Below are positions 7,745-16,272 of a stretch of 64,000 nt of DNA, piece by piece. The first letter of the stretch is position 1, and each line of letters begins with the position of its first letter. The stretch is from a virus (taxonomy: Duplodnaviria > Caudoviricetes). The notes under the pieces were generated by a model. It saw only the letters and a program-made list of their open reading frames with translations, was not told the origin of the DNA and ran no database searches. The translations under genes and the position numbers were made by a program. The stretch spans positions 4,848 to 68,847 of IMG/VR virus record IMGVR_UViG_3300048606_000052. One strand, given 5' to 3'.

Positions 7745-8004
7745 CGATCGACCATCCGGCCTCGCACGGCGGCGGCGAGGTCGACGTCGGTAGCAGTCGG
7801 CGCGGTCCCCGCGCCTCGGCGGGCCAGCGGGATGACGGTGCGCGGCCTCGACTCAGCGGACCGGATGACGTAGGCGCCCTGCGTGCGGATGCGTTCCACG
7901 CCCGAGCGCACCTCGGCCATCGTTCGGCGGTTGCGCGCCATGCTGCGCAGCGTCCATGCGTTGAGCGCGAGCGACACGAGCAGCAGCGCGAGCGTGACGG
8001 TCAT
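7741..8004 (-). CDS. N-terminally anchored membrane protein
   Basis: MTVTLALLLVSLALNAWTL then coiled coil. Confidence 0.6.
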   Translation of the reverse strand: MTVTLALLLVSLALNAWTLRSMARNRRTMAEVRSGVERIRTQGAYVIRSAESRPRTVIPLARRGAGTAPTATDVDLAAAVRGRMVDR

Positions 8005-8471
8005 CGCGGCAGCCCACGCTGGAGGACGTCGGCCTGGATGACGCGCGCCGCGGCGCGGTCGAGCACGTCGTCGGGCACGCCCTCGTCGCGCAGCGCGACG
8101 CGCAGCCGTCCGAGCAGCGCCGCGAGTTGCGCGTTCGGGCCGGGGGTCGTGACGTTGCCCATGCGCTCGAGCAGCTCCAGCCGGGTGCGCCAGAGCTCGC
8201 GCCACGTGCGGACTGCGGCGACGCGGGCGCCCTGCCCGGAGCTCGTCTGCGATGCCAGCAGCGTCAGGCGTTCCATTTGCGCGTCGAGCTGCTCGAGCGC
8301 GTCGCGTTGCAGCGCCGGCGACGAGGGCAGCTCGGCGGGTCGGCTGGCGCGGTGGTCGGCGATCATCGCGAGGACCTGCTCGAGGTCGAGGGCGAACTGC
8401 TCGGCGATCGTCGCCGGCGCCAGGCCGAGCGCCCACGCGGCGACGACGTCTGCGGGGCCGCTGCCGGCCAT
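8001..8471 (-). CDS. Hypothetical protein with N-terminal HTH-like segment
   Basis: VVAAWALGLAPATIAEQFALDLEQV resembles an HTH; remainder helical. Confidence 0.5.
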   Translation of the reverse strand: MAGSGPADVVAAWALGLAPATIAEQFALDLEQVLAMIADHRASRPAELPSSPALQRDALEQLDAQMERLTLLASQTSSGQGARVAAVRTWRELWRTRLELLERMGNVTTPGPNAQLAALLGRLRVALRDEGVPDDVLDRAAARVIQADVLQRGLPR

Positions 8472-8472
8472 C

Positions 8473-8613
8473 TCAGCCGACCGTGGCCTTGAGCGTCGCT
8501 TCGACGTCGGCGAACGTCCAGCCGTGCTCTTCGATGAGCGCCCGGGCGGCGTCGATCATCTCGCACTGCAGCGTCGCCTGCGCCTCGTCTGTGTCCTGCT
8601 CGTCGTCGTCCAT
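8473..8613 (-). CDS. Small acidic protein
   Basis: GAGGGAGG SD before ATG 8613. Confidence 0.55.
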   Translation of the reverse strand: MDDDEQDTDEAQATLQCEMIDAARALIEEHGWTFADVEATLKATVG

Positions 8614-8630
8614 TGGTCCTCCCTCGGTGG

Positions 8631-8921
8631 TCATCGTGTGCGGTCCCACGGCTGCCACTCGCCGCTGCTGGCCCACTCGCCGGGTCCGAACTCGGCCCAG
8701 TCGGCGAGCTCGAGCAGCGCGCGGGCGATGCGCCGCGCCTCGTCGGGCGTGAACTGGTCATCGGCGAGGACGACGACGCCATGCGGGCGCTTGCCAGGGT
8801 CAGCGAAGAGGACGCCCGTCGGGCAGTCGTCGGACGGGTGCAGGATGCCGGCGCGGTTGCCGTGCGTCGCGGCATCGTCGAGTTCGGCGCGCTGCTCAGC
8901 AGTCAGGGGCGCACGGTGCAT
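8631..8921 (-). CDS. Hypothetical protein
   Basis: C-terminal FTPDEARRIARALLELAD motif typical of actinophage small proteins. Confidence 0.55.
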   Translation of the reverse strand: MHRAPLTAEQRAELDDAATHGNRAGILHPSDDCPTGVLFADPGKRPHGVVVLADDQFTPDEARRIARALLELADWAEFGPGEWASSGEWQPWDRTR

Positions 8922-8922
8922 C

Positions 8923-9354
8923 TCAGCGCGCCGCCTGCACGAGCGTCCAGCGCTCCTGGTGGGGCGCGACCGTGGTGCTCGGCTGCGGCCGTCCCAGGCG
9001 CGCGTAGGCAGGCGAGTAGCCACGCGGCATCCGCCGGCACCGCTCGCCGATCGGCGCCGCGCACTTCGGGCACGCGACCCGCTCGTGACAGGTCGCGATC
9101 CGCTCGTTGGCCTCGGCGGCGGCTGCCAGCAGCGCGGCCTCGACGTCGCCACGCTCGCGCTCGTCGAGCATCTCGAGCAGGTCAGCGATGCACGCGGCGT
9201 AGCCCTCTTCGTAGTCGAGGGGAGCGTCGCCGCCGAACGGCGTCGCGGTCGCTGCCCACTCGCGGACGACCGTGACCGGGATCGTCGCCGGCGCGGCGGC
9301 GCGATCGTCGCCGACCGGCGGGCCATCGTCGAGGAACTCGACCGGGTCGCTCAT
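8923..9354 (-). CDS. Protein with C-terminal CPxC-C-H Zn finger
   Basis: VACPKCAAPIGERC...H.ER. Confidence 0.65.
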   Translation of the reverse strand: MSDPVEFLDDGPPVGDDRAAAPATIPVTVVREWAATATPFGGDAPLDYEEGYAACIADLLEMLDERERGDVEAALLAAAAEANERIATCHERVACPKCAAPIGERCRRMPRGYSPAYARLGRPQPSTTVAPHQERWTLVQAAR

Positions 9355-9536
9355 CGCCGGTTCCCGCGACGCGCGCGGCGTGCGGCCTTCCGCTTGCGCT
9401 TGCGCTCGGCGCGCTGCACGTCGTCGATGGTCGAGGCGCCGCCATCGGCATCGGCGGCGCTGGGATACGGCGCCGGCGTGCTGGCGGCCACGCGCGCGAG
9501 GATGCGCGCTTGCCCTGCGACGTCTCGCAGCTTCAT
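9351..9536 (-). CDS. Small protein with basic C-terminal tail
   Basis: AAGGAG SD; RAERKRKRKAARRARR tail. Confidence 0.5.
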   Translation of the reverse strand: MKLRDVAGQARILARVAASTPAPYPSAADADGGASTIDDVQRAERKRKRKAARRARRGNRR

Positions 9537-9895
9537 CGGGGGCTCCTTGCTGGTAGCGGTTCGGCGTGGAACGTGAGGCGCCACACGTGCTCGCGGGGCT
9601 GCCAGTAGCCGTTGATCTTCGTCCACGTGTGCATGAAGTCGCGGACGTCGCCGCAGCCCTCGGCGACCGCGTCGTCGTGCGTGATGTGCCCGAGCTGGAC
9701 CTTGTCGACCGCGTCGATGACGAGCAGGGCGATGGCCGCCTCGCCGCGTCCGGGCTGCACGGCGTAGCTACCGCCGACCTTGTAGGCGCAGGCCTCGCGC
9801 CACCACGGCGACCGCTCTTTGTCTGACAGACGCCGGCACGTCTGCGTCTTGACGCCAGCGACGACGAGGTCGGCGAGATCGGCGCGGAAGATCAT
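9533..9895 (-). CDS. ASCH-domain protein
   Basis: GVKTQTCRR (G-K-T-R signature) and ITHDDAVAEG. Confidence 0.8.
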   Translation of the reverse strand: MIFRADLADLVVAGVKTQTCRRLSDKERSPWWREACAYKVGGSYAVQPGRGEAAIALLVIDAVDKVQLGHITHDDAVAEGCGDVRDFMHTWTKINGYWQPREHVWRLTFHAEPLPARSPR

Positions 9896-10200
9896 CGGTC
9901 GGGCAGCTTCCGGGCTCGCGCGAACGGCGCGAGGTTGGGGCCGGCGTAGCGGGCGGTCACGCGCCAGCGCTCGTGCGCGCCGATCCGGACGGCGCACACG
10001 CGGGCGCGCTTGCCGGCCGGCGTGCACGGCGCGATCGTGACGCGCTGGCCGTTGGCGCCGGTGTACGCCGCGAAGAAGTCGCGGGCGGCCTGCCGGGCGT
10101 CTGGGCGGGTGATCCGCGGCACCTCGACGACGATCGCTTGCGCGGGCCCGGCGAGCGCGAGGACGCCGACGGCCGTGGCGGTGAGCGCGGCGCGCTTCAT
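9892..10200 (-). CDS. Small secreted protein (2 Cys)
   Basis: Signal peptide MKRAALTATAVGVLALAGPAQA. Confidence 0.7.
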   Translation of the reverse strand: MKRAALTATAVGVLALAGPAQAIVVEVPRITRPDARQAARDFFAAYTGANGQRVTIAPCTPAGKRARVCAVRIGAHERWRVTARYAGPNLAPFARARKLPDR

Positions 10201-10517
10201 CCCGCCCACCCCGCGGTTGGCGCCGGCATTGGCGGGCGGGTGAGCGCGGCGAGGCCGTCCTCGACGGACACGATCGGCGCGCCGCCGGGCACGCTGTGCG
10301 ACAGCGCGATCCCGAGCTGCGCGATGGCCTCGCAGGCGGCGCGGAACGCTTCGGCGGGCACCCGGTCGAGGCTGACGAGCGGCTCGTCGGCGGCCTGCAC
10401 GCGCGGGCGCATCGTGCCGTCGGGCTGCGGTAGCCCGACGACGGTCACGAGCTCGCCGATGGCGACCATGACGGCGGCGTCGAAGCGCTCTGCGTCGGTG
10501 CGCTCGTCGCCGGTCAT
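10197..10517 (-). CDS. Hypothetical protein
   Basis: ATGA coupled ORF. Confidence 0.55.
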   Translation of the reverse strand: MTGDERTDAERFDAAVMVAIGELVTVVGLPQPDGTMRPRVQAADEPLVSLDRVPAEAFRAACEAIAQLGIALSHSVPGGAPIVSVEDGLAALTRPPMPAPTAGWAG

Positions 10518-10723
10518 TGGACGACGCGCCAGTTGACGACGGCGCCGAGGTAGTCGGCGCGGACGCGGAGCGGCTCGGCGTTGAGGCGCACGAACGGGAC
10601 GGCGCGCGCGTGGTCTGCGGCGCGGTCCTCGTGCGCGGCCTGCTCGGCGTCGGCTTCGTCCTGCGCCTCGAGCGCGTAGCCGTCGGGCATCTCGGAAAAC
10701 GGCCAGCCGTTGCCGTAGGTCAT
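10514..10723 (-). CDS. Small early hypothetical protein
   Basis: GAAGGAG SD; first gene after motif at 10748. Confidence 0.6.
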   Translation of the reverse strand: MTYGNGWPFSEMPDGYALEAQDEADAEQAAHEDRAADHARAVPFVRLNAEPLRVRADYLGAVVNWRVVQ

Positions 10724-10747
10724 ATGGGTGCTGCTCCTTCCGGGGGC

Positions 10748-10775
10748 GGGGTTGCCTTGCGCCTCAGACTGTAGC
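10748..10775 (-). promoter_or_regulatory. Recurrent promoter motif copy (GCTACAGTCTGAGGCGCAAGGCAACCCC)
   Basis: TACAGT plus GCAACCCC upstream of a gene start. Confidence 0.65.
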
Positions 10776-10813
10776 GCGGGGCGGGGGCGGGGTTGGCAGG
10801 ACCTTCGGGCAGG

Positions 10814-10996
10814 TCAGTCGGGGCGCCGGACGGCTTTGACGACTGCGGCCGCCTCGATCTCGTCGTCGGCGAGGACGCTGCCGAGCGCGGCGGTCAGACC
10901 GGGGACCTCTTCGTCGTCGGCGTGCGCCGCGTAGGCGAGCATGAGGTCGACCGCGCCGCGGCCGGTGAGGTGCGGCTCGGCGAGGCGCAGCGCCAT
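10814..10996 (-). CDS. Small hypothetical protein
   Basis: Fills operon gap, normal composition. Confidence 0.45.
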   Translation of the reverse strand: MALRLAEPHLTGRGAVDLMLAYAAHADDEEVPGLTAALGSVLADDEIEAAAVVKAVRRPD

Positions 10997-11000
10997 GACG

Positions 11001-11696
11001 TCAGGCCCCGTCCACGGCCGGATCGTAGGGCCGCTCAGGGTCGGGCACGTCGAAGTCGTCCTCTTGCGCGGCGCGGCGCGCAGCGTCGGCGCAGGCCTCG
11101 GGGGAAGGCACCGGCACGTCATGGGCGGCGATCATCTCGCGGAAGTCCACGCCAGCGGCCTGCGCCTCTTCCATGCGGGCGGTCGCGTCAGCGAACGTCG
11201 CGGCGGCGCGGATGTACGCGTGCCACTCGGCGGGGGTGCCGGGCACGCGGACGGTGTCGCCCTCGTCGGCGAGTTCGGCAGGGTCGGCGGGCGTGAGCGC
11301 CTTGACCTTGCCGTCGGCGTAGACGGTGACGAGCGCGATCTGCTGGCCGTCGGCGTCGAAGACCTCGAAGTCGCCAGCGCCGTGGCTGCCGCGCGGCGTG
11401 AAGTGCACCGAGCCCGTGTCGGGGTGCTGCTCAACGATGCGCGCGACGTCGTCGCGGATCTCGGCGACGGGCAGGTCGCCAGTGCCGCTGCCGTTGTAGG
11501 CGAGCACGGCGTTGATGACCGTGTTCGGGGCCCACTCGCCGTTGACGTTGACGACGACGGCGCAGCGCTCGAGCTCCCACGCCAGGCCGTGCGCGTCGAG
11601 GTTGAGGCCGCGGGCCAGTGCGATGGTGTCGGCCTTACCGCCGACGCGGCGCAGCTCGCCGAGGATGACGTCGGGGAAGTTGGCGGTGTGGGTCAT
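11001..11696 (-). CDS. Early hypothetical protein, possible N-terminal winged HTH
   Basis: ILGELRRVGGKADTIALARGLNL...; GAAGGA SD after promoter motif. Confidence 0.6.
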   Translation of the reverse strand: MTHTANFPDVILGELRRVGGKADTIALARGLNLDAHGLAWELERCAVVVNVNGEWAPNTVINAVLAYNGSGTGDLPVAEIRDDVARIVEQHPDTGSVHFTPRGSHGAGDFEVFDADGQQIALVTVYADGKVKALTPADPAELADEGDTVRVPGTPAEWHAYIRAAATFADATARMEEAQAAGVDFREMIAAHDVPVPSPEACADAARRAAQEDDFDVPDPERPYDPAVDGA

Positions 11697-11718
11697 GGCG
11701 GGGCGTTCCTTCCGAGCG

Positions 11719-11767
11719 GGGGTTGCTTGTGCTACAGAGTGTAGCGCCCCGCGGGGTCTCGGGTCAA
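11719..11767 (-). promoter_or_regulatory. Sigma70-type promoter TTGACC-N18-TACACT overlapped by palindrome GCTACA-N3-TGTAGC
   Basis: -35 at 11767-11762, -10 at 11743-11738, palindrome 11731-11745. Confidence 0.75.
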
Positions 11768-13020
11768 CCCGTTGAGACGGCTTTCTCGCCGCGTGCCGCC
11801 GCCTTCTGTCGTCGGCGCGGCCGCTTCGCTCGGTTGCCGGTCAGTCGCTCCCAGCGCAGAATTGCGGCGTCGCACCATGCGGGGTCTGAGTCGGCGGCGA
11901 ACGCGACGCGTTCGGTCTGCTCGGCGGCGACGAGGATCGTGCCCGAGCCGGCGAAGAGGTCGAGCACGCGCTCGCCGGGCACGGTCGAGTTCTCGAGCGC
12001 GCGGGTGAACAGCTCGACGGGCTTCTGGGCGTTGTGGATCCGCTCTTCGCCGGACGGGACGCGCGCGATGCGCCAGACGTTCGTGTCGAGGACCGGGCGC
12101 TGGCCGGGGTTGTCGACCGTCATGCGGGTGCGGCGCGGGATCGCGGCGGCGTAGAAGAGCAGCTCGTGCGTGTTCGCGTAGTTGTTGCCGAGGCCCGACC
12201 CGCCCTTGTCCCAGACGATCATGTTTTTGGGTGCCAGGCCGGTGCCCTTGCAGACCTCCCACCATGACGACCATGACCGCCAGTCGCAGCAGACGTACAG
12301 GTGCCCGAACGGGATGAGCGCGCGGGCGGCGGACTTCAGCGCGGCGCGGAAGAACGGGCGGACCATCTTGTCGTCGGCGACCTCGGCGGCGAGGCCGGTC
12401 GAGCTGCCGTAGATGGCGTAGGGCGGGTCGGTGACGACGAGATCGACGCGGCCGTTGGACAGCAGGCGATCGATGACGGCGGGCTCGGTCGAGTCGCCGC
12501 AGATGAGGCGGTGCGCGCCGAGTTCGACGAGGTCCCCGGGCTGGGTGATCGGGTCGTCGGGCAACTCGGCGAGCTCGTCGGACCCGACCGCGGACCCGCG
12601 CTCGCGCTTGCCCGGCTTCACGAGGCGATCGACGTCGTCGAGCGTGAAGCCCATGAGCGCCAGGCGGTCGGGCTGACGCTCGTCGCCGAGCAGCTCGCCG
12701 AGCGCGTCGCCGACCCAGTCGCCGGCGTGGTTGTTATCCCGCGCGGCCCACTCGACCCGCTGCTCAAGGGTGAGGTCGGCGAAGTACGCGAAGCAGGTCA
12801 TGCGGCCGATGCGCCGGCGAGCTCGCCACCGCTGCTCGCCGGCGATGATGAGCCCGTCGGGCTGGGCGATGACTGGCCGGGCTCGCATGAAGTCGTCGTC
12901 GGCGACCTGGCGCTCGAGGATCGCCATGCGCCGCGCGGTGATCTTCCGGGGGTTCGCGGGGTCGGGGTGCAGCTCGTCGAGGACGACTTCGACGAGCTCA
13001 AGAAGTGGCCGGTCGGTCAT
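11764..13020 (-). CDS. ParB-like domain fused to N6A/N4C DNA methyltransferase (beta class)
   Basis: N-terminal HPDPANPRKI...IIAGEQRWRA; HRLICGDS, TDPPY, HNAQKPVEL, DLFAGSGT. Confidence 0.9.
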   Translation of the reverse strand: MTDRPLLELVEVVLDELHPDPANPRKITARRMAILERQVADDDFMRARPVIAQPDGLIIAGEQRWRARRRIGRMTCFAYFADLTLEQRVEWAARDNNHAGDWVGDALGELLGDERQPDRLALMGFTLDDVDRLVKPGKRERGSAVGSDELAELPDDPITQPGDLVELGAHRLICGDSTEPAVIDRLLSNGRVDLVVTDPPYAIYGSSTGLAAEVADDKMVRPFFRAALKSAARALIPFGHLYVCCDWRSWSSWWEVCKGTGLAPKNMIVWDKGGSGLGNNYANTHELLFYAAAIPRRTRMTVDNPGQRPVLDTNVWRIARVPSGEERIHNAQKPVELFTRALENSTVPGERVLDLFAGSGTILVAAEQTERVAFAADSDPAWCDAAILRWERLTGNRAKRPRRRQKAAARGEKAVSTG

Positions 13021-13041
13021 GCGAATCTCCCTGCAAAACGC

Positions 13042-13090
13042 TTGTGCGGAGACTCCCGATGCGCTACACTCTGTAGCACAGAGCAACCCC
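13042..13090 (+). promoter_or_regulatory. Promoter TTGTGC-N17-TACACT with palindrome GCTACA-CTC-TGTAGC and GCAACCCC, driving the plus-strand island
   Basis: Reverse-orientation copy of the motif, between divergent genes. Confidence 0.75.
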
Positions 13091-13107
13091 CCGCCGGAAG
13101 GAACAGC

Positions 13108-13308
13108 ATGACCGCCCAGACCGCCCAGCCCAGCATCGCCCAGCCCGCCGCGCACCGCACGATCGCCGTCGTCACCGATAACGGCTCCCAGGCCCGCAAG
13201 CCGCCGCGCGCCGTCCGGAACCTCGGCCGCCGCAGCGCCCCGCAGCCCCGCCGGAACTGGCTCGACAAGGTCGAGACCATCGTGCACCTCGCGATCTGGA
13301 CCTCCTGA
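13108..13308 (+). CDS. Small early hypothetical protein
   Basis: GAAGGA SD; in frame within track ORF 12301-13308. Confidence 0.5.
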   Translation: MTAQTAQPSIAQPAAHRTIAVVTDNGSQARKPPRAVRNLGRRSAPQPRRNWLDKVETIVHLAIWTS

Positions 13309-13310
13309 CG

Positions 13311-13769
13311 ATGACCGCCACCGCCCCGCTCAACTACCTCGCCCCGTCCGTCGAGTCCACCAACGCGCTGCGCCGCCGCATCACGAAGATGGGCAGCAAG
13401 GCGACGACGACGAAGCTCGCGCAGCGCCTCGGCGTCGAGCGCGCCGAGCTCGAGCAGCGCCTCGCCGGCGACCCGGTGTTCGCGAAGACCCGCAGCGTCT
13501 GGCGCGTCGCGACCTACCCGCCCGTCGGCAGCGTCGTGCGCTGCGCCTACTGGGGGTTCGTCTTCCGCGTCGTGTCGCAGCAGCCCGGCCCGCTCGGGTC
13601 CGACGAGATCACGGTCGAGATGCTCGACCATCCGCGCACCGAGAACGCCTACCGGCCGGGTCATCCCGCGTGCACGCGGCCGAATCACGTCATCGGGTCC
13701 GTCTGGTCGCACGGCACCGCGCTCGGCGACCGCGACGAGATCCTCGAGCTGCCGGCCGCGGAGCGCTGA
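13311..13769 (+). CDS. Hypothetical protein with N-terminal HTH-like segment
   Basis: KATTTKLAQRLGVERAELEQRL. Confidence 0.6.
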   Translation: MTATAPLNYLAPSVESTNALRRRITKMGSKATTTKLAQRLGVERAELEQRLAGDPVFAKTRSVWRVATYPPVGSVVRCAYWGFVFRVVSQQPGPLGSDEITVEMLDHPRTENAYRPGHPACTRPNHVIGSVWSHGTALGDRDEILELPAAER

Positions 13770-13771
13770 CG

Positions 13772-13933
13772 ATGTCCAACGTCCTCGACTCCCGCGAGAT
13801 CGTCATCGACGTCGAGTCCGTCCCGGGCGCCGTAGCTATCGGCCTTCCCTCGGGCGACGTCGTGCTCGTTAGCCATGCCGATTGGCGCGCCGTCGCCGAC
13901 CGGCTCCCCGCGCCCGCCGTCACGCGCGGATAG
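13772..13933 (+). CDS. Small hypothetical protein
   Basis: MSNVLDSREIVIDVES...; operon position. Confidence 0.5.
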   Translation: MSNVLDSREIVIDVESVPGAVAIGLPSGDVVLVSHADWRAVADRLPAPAVTRG

Positions 13934-13975
13934 CGCACCCCCCGTCCCGACCCCGACCCTCGGAGGCCCTCGATC

Positions 13976-14701
13976 ATGCCGACCACCATCGCCCGCGGCG
14001 ACTCACTCGCCTACTTCCGCTCCATGCCGGCCGAAGAGCAGGACATGCTCGGGTGGCGCGTCGCCCGCGGCAACCTTCTGCCCGCGCCCTTCTGGCCCGG
14101 CGGACAGCTCATGCGCAAGCCGCTCGACGGCGACGACGGCGCCGTCGTGTTCTACAAGGTGGGCGCCCGCGGCACGCTCGGCGAGCCCGAGTCCGACGAG
14201 CCGCCGGCGGTCCTGCCGACCGGGGAGCTGCACGCCCGCGCCGACGCCTACCTGCGCACGCTCTGCGCCGGCTACCGCGTAGACCCGCCGTCCGTCGAGG
14301 ACGTCATGGCGTGGGCGTCCGTCGCGTTCGACGTCACCGAGGACCCGATCGACCCGCAGGAGTGGCTCGACGACTTCATCGACGCCCGCGAGACGGTCGC
14401 CGGCGAGCGCTGCCAGGCCATCTTCGGGCACCTCGACCGGTATGCCCGCCTCGACGACGCGACGGCGCAGGCCGTCGCCGACACCTCCGAGGACGCCCGC
14501 TTCGCGTCGCCGTGCGACCCGCGGGTGCTCGTCATGGTCACGGCGGAGGGCGGCGCGATCGTCGCCGACCTCGCCGGCCGCCACGCCGACGAACACGGCC
14601 CGCTGCTCAGCCGCCGCGAGCGCCGCCGCAAGCGCCGCCTCGAGCGCCGCACCTACTGCCGGGACCGCCGGCTGCACCGCGACGCCAGCCGCATCGCGTG
14701 A
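13976..14701 (+). CDS. Hypothetical protein, acidic core with basic C-terminal tail
   Basis: GGAGG SD; 241 aa. Confidence 0.65.
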   Translation: MPTTIARGDSLAYFRSMPAEEQDMLGWRVARGNLLPAPFWPGGQLMRKPLDGDDGAVVFYKVGARGTLGEPESDEPPAVLPTGELHARADAYLRTLCAGYRVDPPSVEDVMAWASVAFDVTEDPIDPQEWLDDFIDARETVAGERCQAIFGHLDRYARLDDATAQAVADTSEDARFASPCDPRVLVMVTAEGGAIVADLAGRHADEHGPLLSRRERRRKRRLERRTYCRDRRLHRDASRIA

Positions 14702-15231
14702 GCGACTACGCCCGCGCCGCGCTGCTCGCCGTCGTTGAGCACTGGCCCGGCCGCCTCGACGACCTCGCGCTGCGCGCCCAGCAGGAGGTCAACCCGACGC
14801 TCGGGCCCGGCATCGCCGGCGTGAGCGTGTGGCGCGCTCACGGCGAGGGGCTGCTGCTGCGGTTCCCGCATCGCACACTGGGCAGCGACCACCCGACGCT
14901 GGCGTTCACCGTGCAGCGCGCCTACCGGCGCTGGCACGCCGAGCCGCCCGAGCCGGACCCGACGCCGGATCACACGCGCGCCGCGCTGCGCGTCCTCGTC
15001 ACGCACTGGCCGGGCGTCCTCAACGGCGTCACGCTGACCGGCGCGCTTATGCGCTCCGCCGCCGCCGGCGTGCTCGTGCAGCAGGACGGCCGCACCCTGC
15101 AGGTCGGCTTCACCCGCGACGAGCTCGAGCACGCCGCCGACCCGGCCACCGCCGCGAACGTCGTAATGGCGTACCGGGCGTGGATGCTCGCGCGGGCGCA
15201 GCCCGAACCCCCGAACCCGCCCTACGCGTGA
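14698..15231 (+). CDS. Hypothetical protein made of two tandem ~85-aa homologous repeats
   Basis: DYARAALLAVVEHWPGRL...AYRRW..EPPEP vs DHTRAALRVLVTHWPGVL...AYRAW..QPEPP; GTGA overlap. Confidence 0.65.
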   Translation: MSDYARAALLAVVEHWPGRLDDLALRAQQEVNPTLGPGIAGVSVWRAHGEGLLLRFPHRTLGSDHPTLAFTVQRAYRRWHAEPPEPDPTPDHTRAALRVLVTHWPGVLNGVTLTGALMRSAAAGVLVQQDGRTLQVGFTRDELEHAADPATAANVVMAYRAWMLARAQPEPPNPPYA

Positions 15232-15374
15232 TCCCCGCCCGGATCATCGCCGCGCGCGACCTCGCCCACGCGCTGCTCGCCGGCTGGTTCGGCCGGGGAC
15301 CGCAGGCGGCCGCGATCATCGCCGCGACACTCGTCGTGCTGACCGCCGCCGTCCTGCTCAACGTCATCGGCTGA
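15228..15374 (+). CDS. Small membrane protein
   Basis: C-terminal AAAIIAATLVVLTAAVLLNVIG; GTGA overlap. Confidence 0.55.
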   Translation: MIPARIIAARDLAHALLAGWFGRGPQAAAIIAATLVVLTAAVLLNVIG

Positions 15375-15452
15375 GCCCCACCCGGCCACGGGCACCCGCC
15401 CGGGAGCCGGGCACCCACCGGCATCACCGTTATGTGATCGCCCGCACGCACG

Positions 15453-15477
15453 GCTACTCTCTGAGGCACAAGCCAAC
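15453..15477 (+). promoter_or_regulatory. Degenerate copy of promoter motif upstream of the translocase/nuclease cluster
   Basis: GCTACTCTCTGAGGCACAAGCCAAC, 21/25 identical to the 10775 copy. Confidence 0.5.
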
Positions 15478-15540
15478 GCGAGGCGGCGCCGCGCCCTACC
15501 CCGGGACACGACGCCGCCCGCCCATAGGAGGCCGTCTCCC

Positions 15541-15807
15541 ATGCCCCACACACCCTCGCAGACCCCCCCGACGCTGATCGCCGGGAAGACCGGCAGCGGC
15601 AAGGGATCTGTGCTCTGGCACCCCCTGCTCTGGCCTTGCCGGACGCGCGGCAGGCCGCCACTTTCGTGGCGCGGTCGCACGATGCGGCGGCGCCACCGGC
15701 TAGGCTCAGGGCTTCGCCTGCCTAGCCGCCGCCGATCGCGGACGGAGGTTGAGCCGCTCGAGCAGCAGGTGGGTTGGGTCGAGGGGGGTGGTGTCGATGC
15801 GGAGTAG
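15541..15807 (+). CDS. Short ORF carrying an isolated TraB/FtsK-type Walker A segment (possible remnant)
   Basis: LIAGKTGSGKGSVLW; strong AGGAGG SD; remainder has no ATPase motifs. Confidence 0.4.
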   Translation: MPHTPSQTPPTLIAGKTGSGKGSVLWHPLLWPCRTRGRPPLSWRGRTMRRRHRLGSGLRLPSRRRSRTEVEPLEQQVGWVEGGGVDAE

Positions 15808-16174
15808 CGCGCGTCGTGGTCGCGAGGTTGTGCCCGTTCGTGGTCAGGTGGTTGAGCCGGTGCGGGTGCCGGGTGCCGAGCTTGATATTGAGGCGTGGGC
15901 GCGTCCGATTGGGCATCCGGTGCCCTACGGTGGCGGGCCGCCGCAGACGGTGCGGATTGAGGTTGTGCAGGTGCCGGCGGCGCCGGTTGCGCCTCCTGTT
16001 GACGTGGGGGTGCGGACGGGTCCGTCGTGGTTGACGGCGGCGGGGTTCATGGCCGTTGTGTGTGTGCTGCTGGCGATCGGTGTTGGGCTCTGGCTGGGTG
16101 GGGCCGCGCCGTGGCAGACGGACGCGCAGCAGCAGCGGCATTCGACGCCGGCGCATCATCGGGCGGTGCGGTGA
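15797..16174 (+). CDS. Pro/Val-rich single-pass membrane protein
   Basis: TM WLTAAGFMAVVCVLLAIGVGLWLGG; atypical T-ending codons. Confidence 0.6.
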   Translation: MRSSARRGREVVPVRGQVVEPVRVPGAELDIEAWARPIGHPVPYGGGPPQTVRIEVVQVPAAPVAPPVDVGVRTGPSWLTAAGFMAVVCVLLAIGVGLWLGGAAPWQTDAQQQRHSTPAHHRAVR

Positions 16175-16272
16175 TGCGCTGCGATGAGGGCGGCTGCGGG
16201 ATGTTCGTGTTGGTCGTCGTGCTGGCCGCGTTGGCGGTCAGCGGGCGGCACCTTCGAGCTGGGAGGTCGTGA
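16171..16272 (+). CDS. Very small membrane peptide
   Basis: CGMFVLVVVLAALAVSG; GTGA overlaps both ends. Confidence 0.45.
   Translation: MMRCDEGGCGMFVLVVVLAALAVSGRHLRAGRS

Noticed and set aside
8001-8471. Small terminase subunit
   Set aside because: HTH plus helical pattern is suggestive but it is far from the head module and has no specific motif; kept as hypothetical
8038-9576. Long plus-strand ORF (512 aa) and similar ones (e.g. 12301-13308, 20299-21561, 26983-28872)
   Set aside because: Arg/Ala/Pro-rich shadow ORFs overlapping well-supported genes; expected at this GC content
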